A stretch of 15,489 nucleotides of DNA. Origin: Zygophlyctis sp. KS116 (lineage: Eukaryota > Fungi > Chytridiomycota). Each line of letters starts with the position of its first letter. Position 1 is the first letter of the stretch. The stretch lies in the NCBI GenBank assembly GCA_054661495.1, contig BAAFSQ010000235.1, positions 1-15,489 on the forward strand, written 5' to 3'. The translations under genes were made by a program, and so were the position numbers. A model generated the notes under the pieces. It searched no databases, was not told the DNA's origin, and was given only the letters and a program-made list of their open reading frames with translations. Of the stretch, positions 1-9,680 are shown one piece after another.

Positions 1-2279
1 TTGAGGTATCGAACCTGGTGCTCGACTCTATGGACTTATTTCATTAAAAATATACCTTTTACCATCCCAGTCCTTGGGACGTTTGGTTTCGTTAGGTTTG
101 ATGCATCTAACATATGAAGGGACACACCGCATTAAAGTATCCACCAGGTCTTGAGATTGATTTTTGATCTTAAATGATGCTGTAGTTGGCCTTTTTTTGT
201 CGCTCTCGTCGATTTCTTCTGGGAAAAGATTAAGGATAAACTGACTTTCATTTAAATGAGAAAAGCATTACCTACTAGAGCTCTGCATCAACTGTATAAG
301 ATCTTTAAAGAGTGTGTCCTTGTTATTTTCTACAAATCCATCACAATCATAAGTCACATTTCCAGCGTAATGCTGAACTACAAACTGACGCTGCATACCA
401 TTATAATGCTTATGCTCTGAGCAAGAAAGTGTTAGTTTCTATGAATTAAATGCACATTAAAACTCACCTGGACAAACTTTTCATCGGCTCCCTCCGCAAC
501 AGCGTGCATCGTCGAGCAAACATCATCCAATACTTTGCGTAAATGATTGTCATAGAATTACCAGCCATAATACCTGGGGGTCTTTTACTCTCAATGAGCT
601 CAACGACAATTTTGTTATTAAAATACTCTATCGGAGTCCATTTAATCCCTTCCTTTTGATACTCTTCCTGTCTATTAGCCAGAAATTATTACCTGTTCTG
701 ATTTAAGTGTAAGTTCAATAAATATTTGCTGCAATTTTTCATTCACAAAATTAATACAAAATTGCTCGAAACCATTTCTATCAAATATTTCGAATCCAAA
801 AATATCTAACACACCAATGCAAAGCTGGGAAGTTGATTTTAAATTGGAAGCTATTCGTGCCATAGCCTTATTGACAGCTAATACAATCCAGTCAAACAAG
901 CGAAAATATAAAGCCTTGGCTAAAGCATCACGGTTATTTGATGCTTGCTGAACATTCATTGGAACTGTGTATGTCGAGCCTCTACGAGCCCCAAATCCAC
1001 CAGTTCGAAGGACCCGATTTAACAGTTTTTCTTTTAAGAGGGTCTCCTCGATGCAAAGTAAATATGCCGGAAACGCCAATGCTAAAAATTAAATTCTGAT
1101 CAATTACATTCAGGATCTGCTATAGCCGCTATTGTACCATCTTCTACAAAATCAATATTCCCTAAATGCAGAATCCCTGCTAAAATACTAAAAATAGAGG
1201 ATTTATCTTGTGCAGAGATCCCACATACATCCATAGCTTTTTTCATTTCTGCGTATTCTTCTAAATCATCGATCCCCGCAGCATCATATTCTCCACTTGC
1301 GTTCAAATATCTATAATATTTAGGCTCTATTAGCCCCAAATTTTCTTTATCTGCAGCAGTCGCACCTTTGGTTATTTGATAAAAAACATGAAAATTCCGT
1401 TCCCCCTTCCCAGGAGCCACAACACGAGACTAATGTTATTGAAAAGCGAAATACCTTTTCAAGCAAGAAATTTGAAATTTTTCCTCCAGTTGGAGCCCCG
1501 CCTCTTGAGAAATTAATCTCAAAATATTTTCCAAACCGTGAAGAATTATTATTCCTCAAAGTTTTTGCATTTCCAAATGACTCTAATAGAGGATTTGATA
1601 AAAAAATAATTGTTTTAATCTCATCAACTAATTTGCTCATTTCTTCTCCACCTCTTCCTGATGTAGCAGCAATAAATTTCCTACAATTATATATTCTAAA
1701 TGTTACATGATTAACTTTGCAGACTCTGTCTTTCCCGCACCTTGGAAATTAAAAAAGTTTGAAACGTACCTGATTCTCCAGAAATAATCACACATTGACT
1801 TTCTTCATCAATAATCATATTTTGAAACCTAAATTGTCAATAATTTTCATTATACATTCTATCTGCAACTGCATAAATATGTGGAGGCTGTTCAAATGCC
1901 GCCTAAAGTTAGATCATTTGCGTGTCAAGGGCGATGCAAAACTTGTGCAACAATTTCAAGCTACATAAATTCAACAAATCACCCTTGATCCCAATTTGAA
2001 GAAATTACTTACACTTCCGTGATATAAATCAATTTCTTTTTGAGTAAAATACGGCATTTGCTTATACGGATTTACCGCAACCAATGCAGGTCCAATATAA
2101 GTAAACATGCAGTCAGCATTAATTCTAAAGGATAAACAATACTGAATTACCGTTTTTTCAAGTTTTCTGTAATTTGTTCGTCCGAAACTTTGGTCAATAG
2201 AACCATGTCTTCAACGCCCTAAACTTTTAGCGGCAGCAAAGGATACATTTTGAGAGTTTTTAGATGTCCACTGACTCAT
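1..2279 (-). CDS. MYO1: Class I myosin heavy chain (motor domain; continues past the left edge of the window)
   Basis: The spliced translation begins [11 protein letters not shown]|[11 protein letters not shown]. It contains P-loop ISGESGAGKTE, switch [21 protein letters not shown], switch [14 protein letters not shown] region [11 protein letters not shown] and [16 protein letters not shown]. There are 13 GT-AG introns: 2219-2246, 2125-2150, 1903-2012, 1829-1855, 1741-1769, 1681-1706, 1430-1454, 1082-1107, 668-692, 533-561, 439-467, 245-271, 28-55. Confidence 0.96.
1925..1988 (-). repeat. Inverted repeat / RNA hairpin inside the 110-nt myosin intron
   Basis: TCAAGGGCGAT (1925-1935) and ATCACCCTTGA (1978-1988) form an 11-bp stem with one U-G wobble on the transcribed strand. 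Confidence 0.8.
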
Positions 2280-3319
2280 TCTTTAAAGCGCACTTAGAAT
2301 TCCTTCCTTTTCCCTATTTGAGCTCAGAGACTCAATTGCTTACTTTAGTTTACTTTTGTTTTTCTGGTCTCGACTTATTATCTAATAAGAGTTTATCTGA
2401 TAGTATGCCGGTTGATAAGAGTATAGAATGGATATATTCTCTACAATCTCAATTTGGATTTAAAGGGTTTTCTTCCGATAACGGACCTCACCTCACAATG
2501 ACGTACTGCGGACTATTATGTTTATTGATCTTGGGTGATGATCTATCAAGGATACACAAGACTGAATTTATTAATAATGCTAAAGATTGTCAAACTGATA
2601 CTGGAGCTTTTGTACCATTTAAAGGATCAACAGAGTCAGATCTAAGGTTTATGTTTAGCGCAATCGCTGTTTTAACAATTTTAAATAGCAATCATACAAT
2701 TAATAAGGACAAGGCTATAGATTATATTAAAAGTTGTAAAAGTTATGATGGTAAGTACTATAGCAGAGTCTTACTGATGTAATGACGCGCATTAATTGCA
2801 TAATCATAACTAAAAAATAGGCGGATACGGTCAAAATCCAGGACAAGAGTCTCATGGAGGATCAACTTACTGTGCATTAGCTTCTCTTGCACTATTAGAA
2901 GAATTAGATCCTAAAGACCATATGGATACAGTTGTATGGTGTTTAAATAGACAAAATGGAGGATTTCAAGGAAGGTAATAATCTTAAATTCAATTGAATA
3001 GAGTTAATAAACCGTTAGATTCTTGTTATTCATTTTGGATTGGTGCATCTTTGGATGTAAGTTTATTATAAATTTATGTTAGATTTTGGGTTTTTCCAAA
3101 TATATTTCAAAAGATCTGACTCAATTTATACAATCTACTGCAAAGGATAGAGGATATGGAAAAACTCCAGGTGATTATCCTGATCTTTTACATACTTACA
3201 TGTCATTATGTGGACTTTCAATAATAGGAAATAATAATCTTGAAGAGATTTATTGTCCTCTTGGAATCACAAAACGTACTTTTAATCGCTTATTATCTCT
3301 TCAAAACTTCAAATCTTGA
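2264..3319 (+). CDS. CDC43: Geranylgeranyltransferase type I beta subunit
   Basis: Prenyltransferase repeats: [100 protein letters not shown]. Introns are 2751-2820, 2975-3001 and 3057-3082. Stop TGA is at 3317-3319. Confidence 0.92.
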
Positions 3320-3989
3320 TGAAACATGTTCCCAATTGACAACATTCCAAATTGCTTTCAAGTAATCAGGCCGCACATTCTTGTAATCAAGATAATAAGC
3401 ATGTTCCCAAACATCAACTCCTAGGAAATAAACAATTTTAAAACGTACCTAATAAAGGTTCCAAATGTAATAATGGATCTTGATTAGGCGTGGTTGCAAT
3501 TTCTAGTTTTTGACTAGTTTTATTGTATCCCAACCATCCCCATCCAGATCCTTGAACTCCAGCAGAAGCAGCAGAAAATGCAGTTTTAAACGCATCAACA
3601 GATCCAAAATCTCTTTCAATCGCAGACTTGAGATTTCCTAATATTAAAAAGAATGAATTACCGGTTTTTAACTCTGCAGCATTACTCTTGCTGGGAGTTA
3701 AGCAATTCCAAAAAAACGTATGATTGATATGACCGCCACCGTTAAACTTGATTGCCGGCTCAAGACCAATGATTGCTTTTAAATCCTTTTTTGCAATTGC
3801 AGAATCCAACTTTTCAGACGCAATATTCAAATTAGCAACATAAGCTGCATGATGCTTCTTATGATGAAGCTCCATGATCTGAGCTGAAATAAACGGCTCG
3901 AGCTATGATATTATACAATCTGAATTTACCGCAGGATAGTCAAACGGAAGATCGGGAAGAGAATGCTTTAATCGCTTCAGTAACTTCAT
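3293..3989 (-). CDS. SOD2: Manganese superoxide dismutase (mitochondrial type)
   Basis: [53 protein letters not shown]. Introns are 3903-3929, 3638-3661 and 3421-3448. The protein ends ..SRFEVLKR with TAA at 3293-3295. Confidence 0.96.
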
Positions 3990-4046
3990 TGCAAATTTTC
4001 AGCGCTTAATGGCAGACTTTAATGATTGGAAAATTTATATAAACTA

Positions 4047-5155
4047 TCAACTAGTTACAGTAAATACTCTTGAATGATGTCTAAAAGATTGTGTCCTTCT
4101 AGTAGATGGAGGTACAGGAACTGTAATTGACTGAAATGATTGACTAGTCTTTATAGGAGGCATTGGTATTTTTGTTTTTAGACAAGGTGATTTATCAGTT
4201 TCTGGTATATCAATACTAGTAGGCCTTGTTTGTTTTTTTGATCCTGCTAAACGAGCATGAACTCTTGCTCGAAGAATTGAAATTTGTTTTTTACTAATTA
4301 TTGAAGATACTATAATTATTAAAAATAAAATTTACTTGGAGGAACTGGTTTCTTAATTGATGCAACAGATTTAGGACGATTTATACTATCATGATCCACT
4401 TCATCTGATTTAATTTGAATGTTTGTAATAGGATTACAAGACTCTTGTAAATTTTCCTTTATAATTGCCAATTGTATATTGTCTAATGGTACATCATCCA
4501 AAATTTCCAATTGAGGAATTAATGTACTTACAATATGTCTATTTCTTACAAGTATATCAGCACTTTTCTCAGATTCTTGAAGAACAGAGTCATAATTTAT
4601 AGGATTATCTAGAATTGTTAGAGATTTTAGATTAGGACAATAGACTAAATATTCAATTTGTAATAGATCTGATACAAGATTTCTAAAATTTAGAGAATAT
4701 ACTAACCTTTCAATATCTAGTATTTCTAAATTTTCCAACATACTAATTGCATCTAGACTTGTTATTTGATTAAATGCCAAATAAAGTTCTTTTAAACCAG
4801 TTAATGATCCCAACCCATCAATTTCTGATAAATTACATCTAGCCATCTTTAGACATTTTAAATTAGAATAACCAGTTCCTAAATCTCTTGAAATTATTTG
4901 ACAGAGATTACCTGATTGTAGGAACAAAACTATTATTTAATGTCAACAAGGACAAGTTTGGTAACCATTTTCCTGAATAATTATTTCAATATTATTACCA
5001 ATATTTCCAAGTCCGATTTCACTCCTTGTGTCAAATTTCATCGCCAGTTGTTGAATTTTGACAAGATCCGATTGACCAGCTATGCCCAGAATCTTTTGAG
5101 TTGTCAGCGATCCAAATAATATATCATGAATGTCTTGGCATGTACTCTTTTCCAT
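4047..5155 (-). CDS. LRRC56: Leucine-rich repeat protein 56 homolog (IFT/outer dynein arm associated, ODA8-like)
   Basis: The spliced segment [80 protein letters not shown] matches my recollection of LRRC56 LRRs, followed by a Pro/Ser-rich tail. Introns are 4973-4998, 4887-4911, 4683-4706 and 4310-4335. Confidence 0.82.
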
Positions 5156-5244
5156 TTTATAAATCTACGGTAATTTTCTCGGAATTTTCGAGCGCCAAAT
5201 CGACTTACAAGAGCTTCATACAAGTCAATTTTAGGAAATTCACA

Positions 5245-8114
5245 ATGGCCATGAGAGGGCTAAACGTTTTTATATCAGACTTGAGAAATTGCAGGACCAG
5301 AGAGTTTGAAACTCTTCGAATTAACAAGGAATTGGCAAATATTCGAAGTAAATTTAAAGACTTGAATTTAAATGGCTATCAAAAGAAAAAGTATATTGCA
5401 AAGCTTGCGTTTATTTATATAATGGGCTATGATATAGAATTTGGACATTCAGAAGCGATAAGTTTAATGTCATGCTCTGCGTATTCAGAGAAAAGTATTG
5501 TAAGAATATTCAATTTAATAAACCCATAAGGGGTACATGGCAGTCATTCTTTTTGTTTCGCAAAAAGTAGAATTTACAAAATTATTAATTAATTCTATTC
5601 AAAAGGATTTACAGGATTCAAATGAATTAAATGTTTGTTTGGCTTTACAGGCAATCGCAAATATTGCAAGTAAAGAAATGTTGGAGTCTTTAGGAAATAT
5701 TGTTTTAAAATTAATATTATCGTAAATATTTATGGTTAAAGTAAAAGGAGGTCTGAATATATAAGAAGAAAAGGAGCTCTAACACTTTTGGGTTTATATA
5801 GAAAATATCCAGAATTTGTGCTTCCAGAAGAATTATCAGATAAAGTTGTGAAATCTTTTGGAGATAATGTTTGTGATTTTTATAATAATTTTATAGATTA
5901 ATTTACAATCTACGTCTGCATTGGCCCTTTATTTGGCAAAGAAATCACCTGATAATTATATAAAATGTGTAGATTTGGCAATTTTACATTTAAATTCTGT
6001 AAATTTGATTATTTTAAAGGTAGATTATAATTGGGAAAAGTTGTTTACCGGATTTAGTATATTATGGGATTCCGGCTCCATGGTTACAAATACAATTGTT
6101 TCAGATTTTACAAATTTATGCTCCAATTTGTAAGTTTTACAATCTTATATAAAGTTTCTACTAATCAGAAGTTGCAGGTTGAAAAGATTGTTGAGGCGTC
6201 TTTGACGGCTCCAGAAGAAAAATCTGCAAATATTCAGAGAGCAAATATTAAGTTATCGGTTATATTTGAAGCTATTAAACTTATTATTGTTGTAGATAGA
6301 CAATCAAAAAATGTTGCTACAGCATTGACAATTTTAGCACATTTTTTAACAGCAAAGGAAACAAACTTTAGATATGTGGGTTTGGATATTCTGTCGCATT
6401 TTATTGAATATCCAGAAACAAAAGCACAAGTTTTGCTTCATATAGACACGATAATTGAGTCGCTCAAAGATAGAGACTTGAGTGTTCAGCAACGTGCACT
6501 GGATCTTCTATTTTATATATGCGATGGAAATATTGCTGGAAGGATTGTAAAGGAACTAATTGACTTTTTGCCGATTGCAAACTATGAAATTCATGATGAG
6601 CTGGTCCTCAAAATTGCGATTTTAGCAGAGAAATTTGGTAAGAGCCGTGCTTGGTTTATAGATATTATCTTGGAACTGATTAATACATCCGGAGAAAATG
6701 TTGGTGATGAAATTTGGTTTCGAGTAGTGCAAATTGTAACTAATCACGAGGAAGTTCGTGAATACTCTACATCTAGGATCTTGAAAGATATGAAACGAGA
6801 GCTCTGTAACGAGAAAATTGTACGAATTGCTGGATATATTATTGGAGAATACGGTCATTTAATCGCAAACGAGCCGGGATCCTCTCCTCTAGAGCAATTT
6901 ATGGCTCTTCACTCTAAATTTCGAACTGTTTCTAATTCGACCCGTTGTATTTTACTTTCAACCTATTTGAAAATGGTCAATCTCTTTCCCGAAATCAAGC
7001 ATGAAATAGTTAGAGTTTTTCAGCAATATAGCTTCTGTATTGATTTGGAGCTGCAACAAAGAGCATGTGAATATTTAGCGATTATTGAAATGGATACGGA
7101 TGATTTATTGCAAGCAATATGTGAAGAAATGCCGCATTTTCCAGAGAAGCATAATATTCTTATTAATCAGCTGGAGCTCAAATATCAGGATTCATCCAAT
7201 GAAAAAGCACTAAAACTTTTAAAGTCGCAAAGTGCAAAACCTGCAATCGACACGGATATATCAAGTCTAGTACTTTCTAATGAAGTGATTTCACCTTTTA
7301 AAGAAGAATCTCAGTCAACAGACTTGTTGGATTTACGTTCGGAAGATGTGGCCACACCTGTAAAGCCTTTCACTAATTTACTTCAAAAACTGTATACTGA
7401 AAATTCTGGAATTTTGTATGAAGATAATGCGATTCAAATAGGTGTTAAGATGGAATTCCGAAATAATCTCGGTAAGATTGCTGTATTTTATGGAAACAAA
7501 TTGAATGTTGGCTTAGATAATGTTTGCTCAGAAATAGAATCGGAGTCTTTTCTCAAGACCAACCTTGTACAATCCATAGCAGAAACAATTCCTGCCAGCA
7601 CTCAATATCATCAACTTTTTGATTTGGAATGCGTTTCAGTGATTAACACGCTTCCAATTTTAAAGCTCAAGTTTGAAATCGGCGCTCAAATCCCAAAAGA
7701 ATTCAGGCTTCAGCTTCCAATTATCGTATCAAAATTTATTGTTCCTGTTCATTTAAATTATTCAGTTTTTGCAGAACGATGGAAACAACTTGAATCTGTA
7801 AATCTCGAATTCAAGAATAGCATTTCGCTAGAGTCACTATCAAGCCCTCAAAATGTTGCAGGAATCCTAAAATCTTTAAATATTCAAGTTTTGGAGGGCC
7901 TAGATGAAGAATCACTAGAAATGAAAGGCTCAGGAATATTTTGTTCCACAAAGGAAGCCAAAGTTGGATGCCTGATATCCATTGTAAAGTCTGAATCGGT
8001 AATACATATAATCATAATCAATAGAGCCTTACAACAATTGTACGTACTACTAATCAGCCAGTATCATTTGCCCTGGGAGATGTAATTCAAAAAGCCTTAA
8101 CTTTTGTTGAGTAA
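5245..8114 (+). CDS. APL3: AP-2 adaptor complex alpha subunit (alpha-adaptin)
   Basis: Begins [31 protein letters not shown]. Trunk motifs [10 protein letters not shown] and [11 protein letters not shown], then the alpha ear ([23 protein letters not shown]). Introns are 5500-5530, 5722-5747 (or 5741), 5869-5896, 5999-6023, 6130-6154 and 7999-8024. Stop TAA is at 8112-8114. Confidence 0.95.
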
Positions 8115-8121
8115 ATAAGTA

Positions 8122-8161
8122 CAAGTATATTCCGATGACTCCAAGATATTCCGATGAGTTC
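8122..8161 (+). repeat. Imperfect tandem duplication (~20 nt) spanning the ARMH2-like start codon
   Basis: caagtatattccgatgactc / caagatattccgatgagttc, with the 12-mer atattccgatga exactly repeated. Confidence 0.75.
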
Positions 8162-8834
8162 CAGACGAGATTCATTCTTTTCTGTACTGGGCTATCGCTC
8201 CAAGAATCCTAATTCCTCCAAAGAAAATTCCAAAGGTCCAGTCAATCCCTATTTAAAAACATTGTCCGAACAAACAATGATTTTGCGAGATACTGTCTCT
8301 AGCATTCATGATCGGACATTGGCAAGTGAAAGAATCGCATATTGTATTTACATTGGAGGAGCTATTATTGAGCCATACTTGAAAAAAGACTCTCTAATCA
8401 TTGATGTAATTCTTTCGATTTTGATGGAGGAATCTGAGAATTTGGAATTAAAACTAGTAATATATTTTAAAAATCCAAAATCATAGAAATCAATTGAACT
8501 TTTACATGTTCTTACTAGATGTGGTAAAATCGTTCAAGAAATTTTAGGAGAGAAGAGAGCATTTGCAGTTTTGGAATATGTAATGATAAACTTTATTGGT
8601 AATTTTATAATCTAATTTAAAGGAGAAATGCGAAGATGGGCAGTCAGTGGACTATTAAATATGTCTTTTAAAAACCATTCAAAATACAAGACTCGTTTAA
8701 GTCAGATCTCTTTCAGGGTAATTTATAATTATTTACTTTAGCAATCCCTAGAATTAGCAATCCATGATGATTGGAGTTCTTGGAATTTAAATGAAGCCAA
8801 TGAACTAGAGACTTTAATCCAATTAATCAAGTAG
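8154..8834 (+). CDS. Armadillo-like helical protein, ARMH2 (C6orf229)-like
   Basis: RTLASERIAYCIYIGG and the C-terminal DDWSSWNLNEANEL resemble ARMH2 motifs as I recall them (RAQAAQKIGLLAFTGG; NWSGWTENFAEVL). Introns are 8457-8486, 8599-8622 and 8718-8741. Stop TAG is at 8832-8834. Confidence 0.6.
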
Positions 8835-8841
8835 GAAAAGA

Positions 8842-9525
8842 TTATTTCTTGACTCTATCCCCAAAAATCAAACTTCCAACACGAACATTTGTTGAACCTT
8901 GTCTTATAGCCAATTCAAAATCATTAGACATTCCAAAACTTTTTTCTAATTTGATTCCTAATTGATCTGATATATTATTTGCTAAATTATTTAATTTGAC
9001 AAAATCAGGATTTTCCTCTAAAGAATCTTGACGAACAGCACCAATAGTCATTAATCCTAATAATTGTAAATTATGACAATTGGTTAAAATGTGTTTTGCA
9101 ATTGTTAAACATTCAGAATCTTGCAGCCCATTTTTTGCATCTTCCATACTAGTATTAACCTGTAAGAAAATCCCCAATTTCCTATCAAATCCCCAATTCT
9201 TATTAAAATTATCAGCCATTTTTATAGAATCTATAGTTTCCACAACCAAATTTGGTATTGAAGTTAGAAATTTAATCTTGTTTGATTGTACTTTTCCTAT
9301 AAAGTGCCACATTATATCTTTTGGCGCATTAGTAGCCTTTTCAATCAATTCTTGTACATAATTTTCCCCAAAAACTCGTTGTCCAGCCTCATACGCAATC
9401 ATGACATCTTGTAATGGTTTAGTCTTTGAAACAGCCACAAGTCTCACTACACTTGCGTTTGCCTCTGATGCTTTCAGGATTTTCGCTTGTATTAATGCCA
9501 AGTTCTTTACGATATTCCCATTCAT
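8842..9525 (-). CDS. PLPBP: Pyridoxal phosphate homeostasis protein (YggS/PROSC family), intronless
   Basis: LVAVSKTKP (PLP-binding lysine), FGENYVQEL, WHFIG..QSNK, GLMTIG, SFGMSNDFELAI..GSTNVRVGSLIFG. Uninterrupted 227-aa ORF. Confidence 0.96.
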   Translation of the reverse strand: MNGNIVKNLALIQAKILKASEANASVVRLVAVSKTKPLQDVMIAYEAGQRVFGENYVQELIEKATNAPKDIMWHFIGKVQSNKIKFLTSIPNLVVETIDSIKMADNFNKNWGFDRKLGIFLQVNTSMEDAKNGLQDSECLTIAKHILTNCHNLQLLGLMTIGAVRQDSLEENPDFVKLNNLANNISDQLGIKLEKSFGMSNDFELAIRQGSTNVRVGSLIFGDRVKK

Positions 9526-9680
9526 TTTTAAAGTTGGTTTATATGAAAAACAAAAGACAATTTTTTAAATTTGTTGGTTGACCTGAATCTAAAACCCAAC
9601 TCTTGTATTGATTGAATCTCTTGAATCTCTTAAAAATCATGCCACTTTCAACTTTAAATCTTGCAAGTACAATCAATTCT

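Noticed and set aside
1903-2012. TPP riboswitch, C/D snoRNA or MITE in the long myosin intron
   Set aside because: There is no CUGAGA-type TPP core, no canonical RUGAUGA/CUGA pair and no target-site duplication. I kept it only as an unexplained hairpin.
2751-2782. Intron-retained GGTase ending in VLLM*, resembling a CaaX box
   Set aside because: There is no cysteine at the -4 position.
5101-5244. N-terminal extension of AP-2 alpha in the ORF track
   Set aside because: It starts at TTG and overlaps LRRC56. The conserved alpha-adaptin start is MAMRGL at 5245.
6622-6858. 78-aa minus-strand ORF
   Set aside because: It is an antisense shadow of the AP-2 alpha exon with no recognisable motif.
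9612-9629. TTGAATCTC tandem repeat (2 copies) in the YggS/PPIH spacer
   Set aside because: It is short and likely slippage-derived. It is not CRISPR-like and there is no functional evidence.
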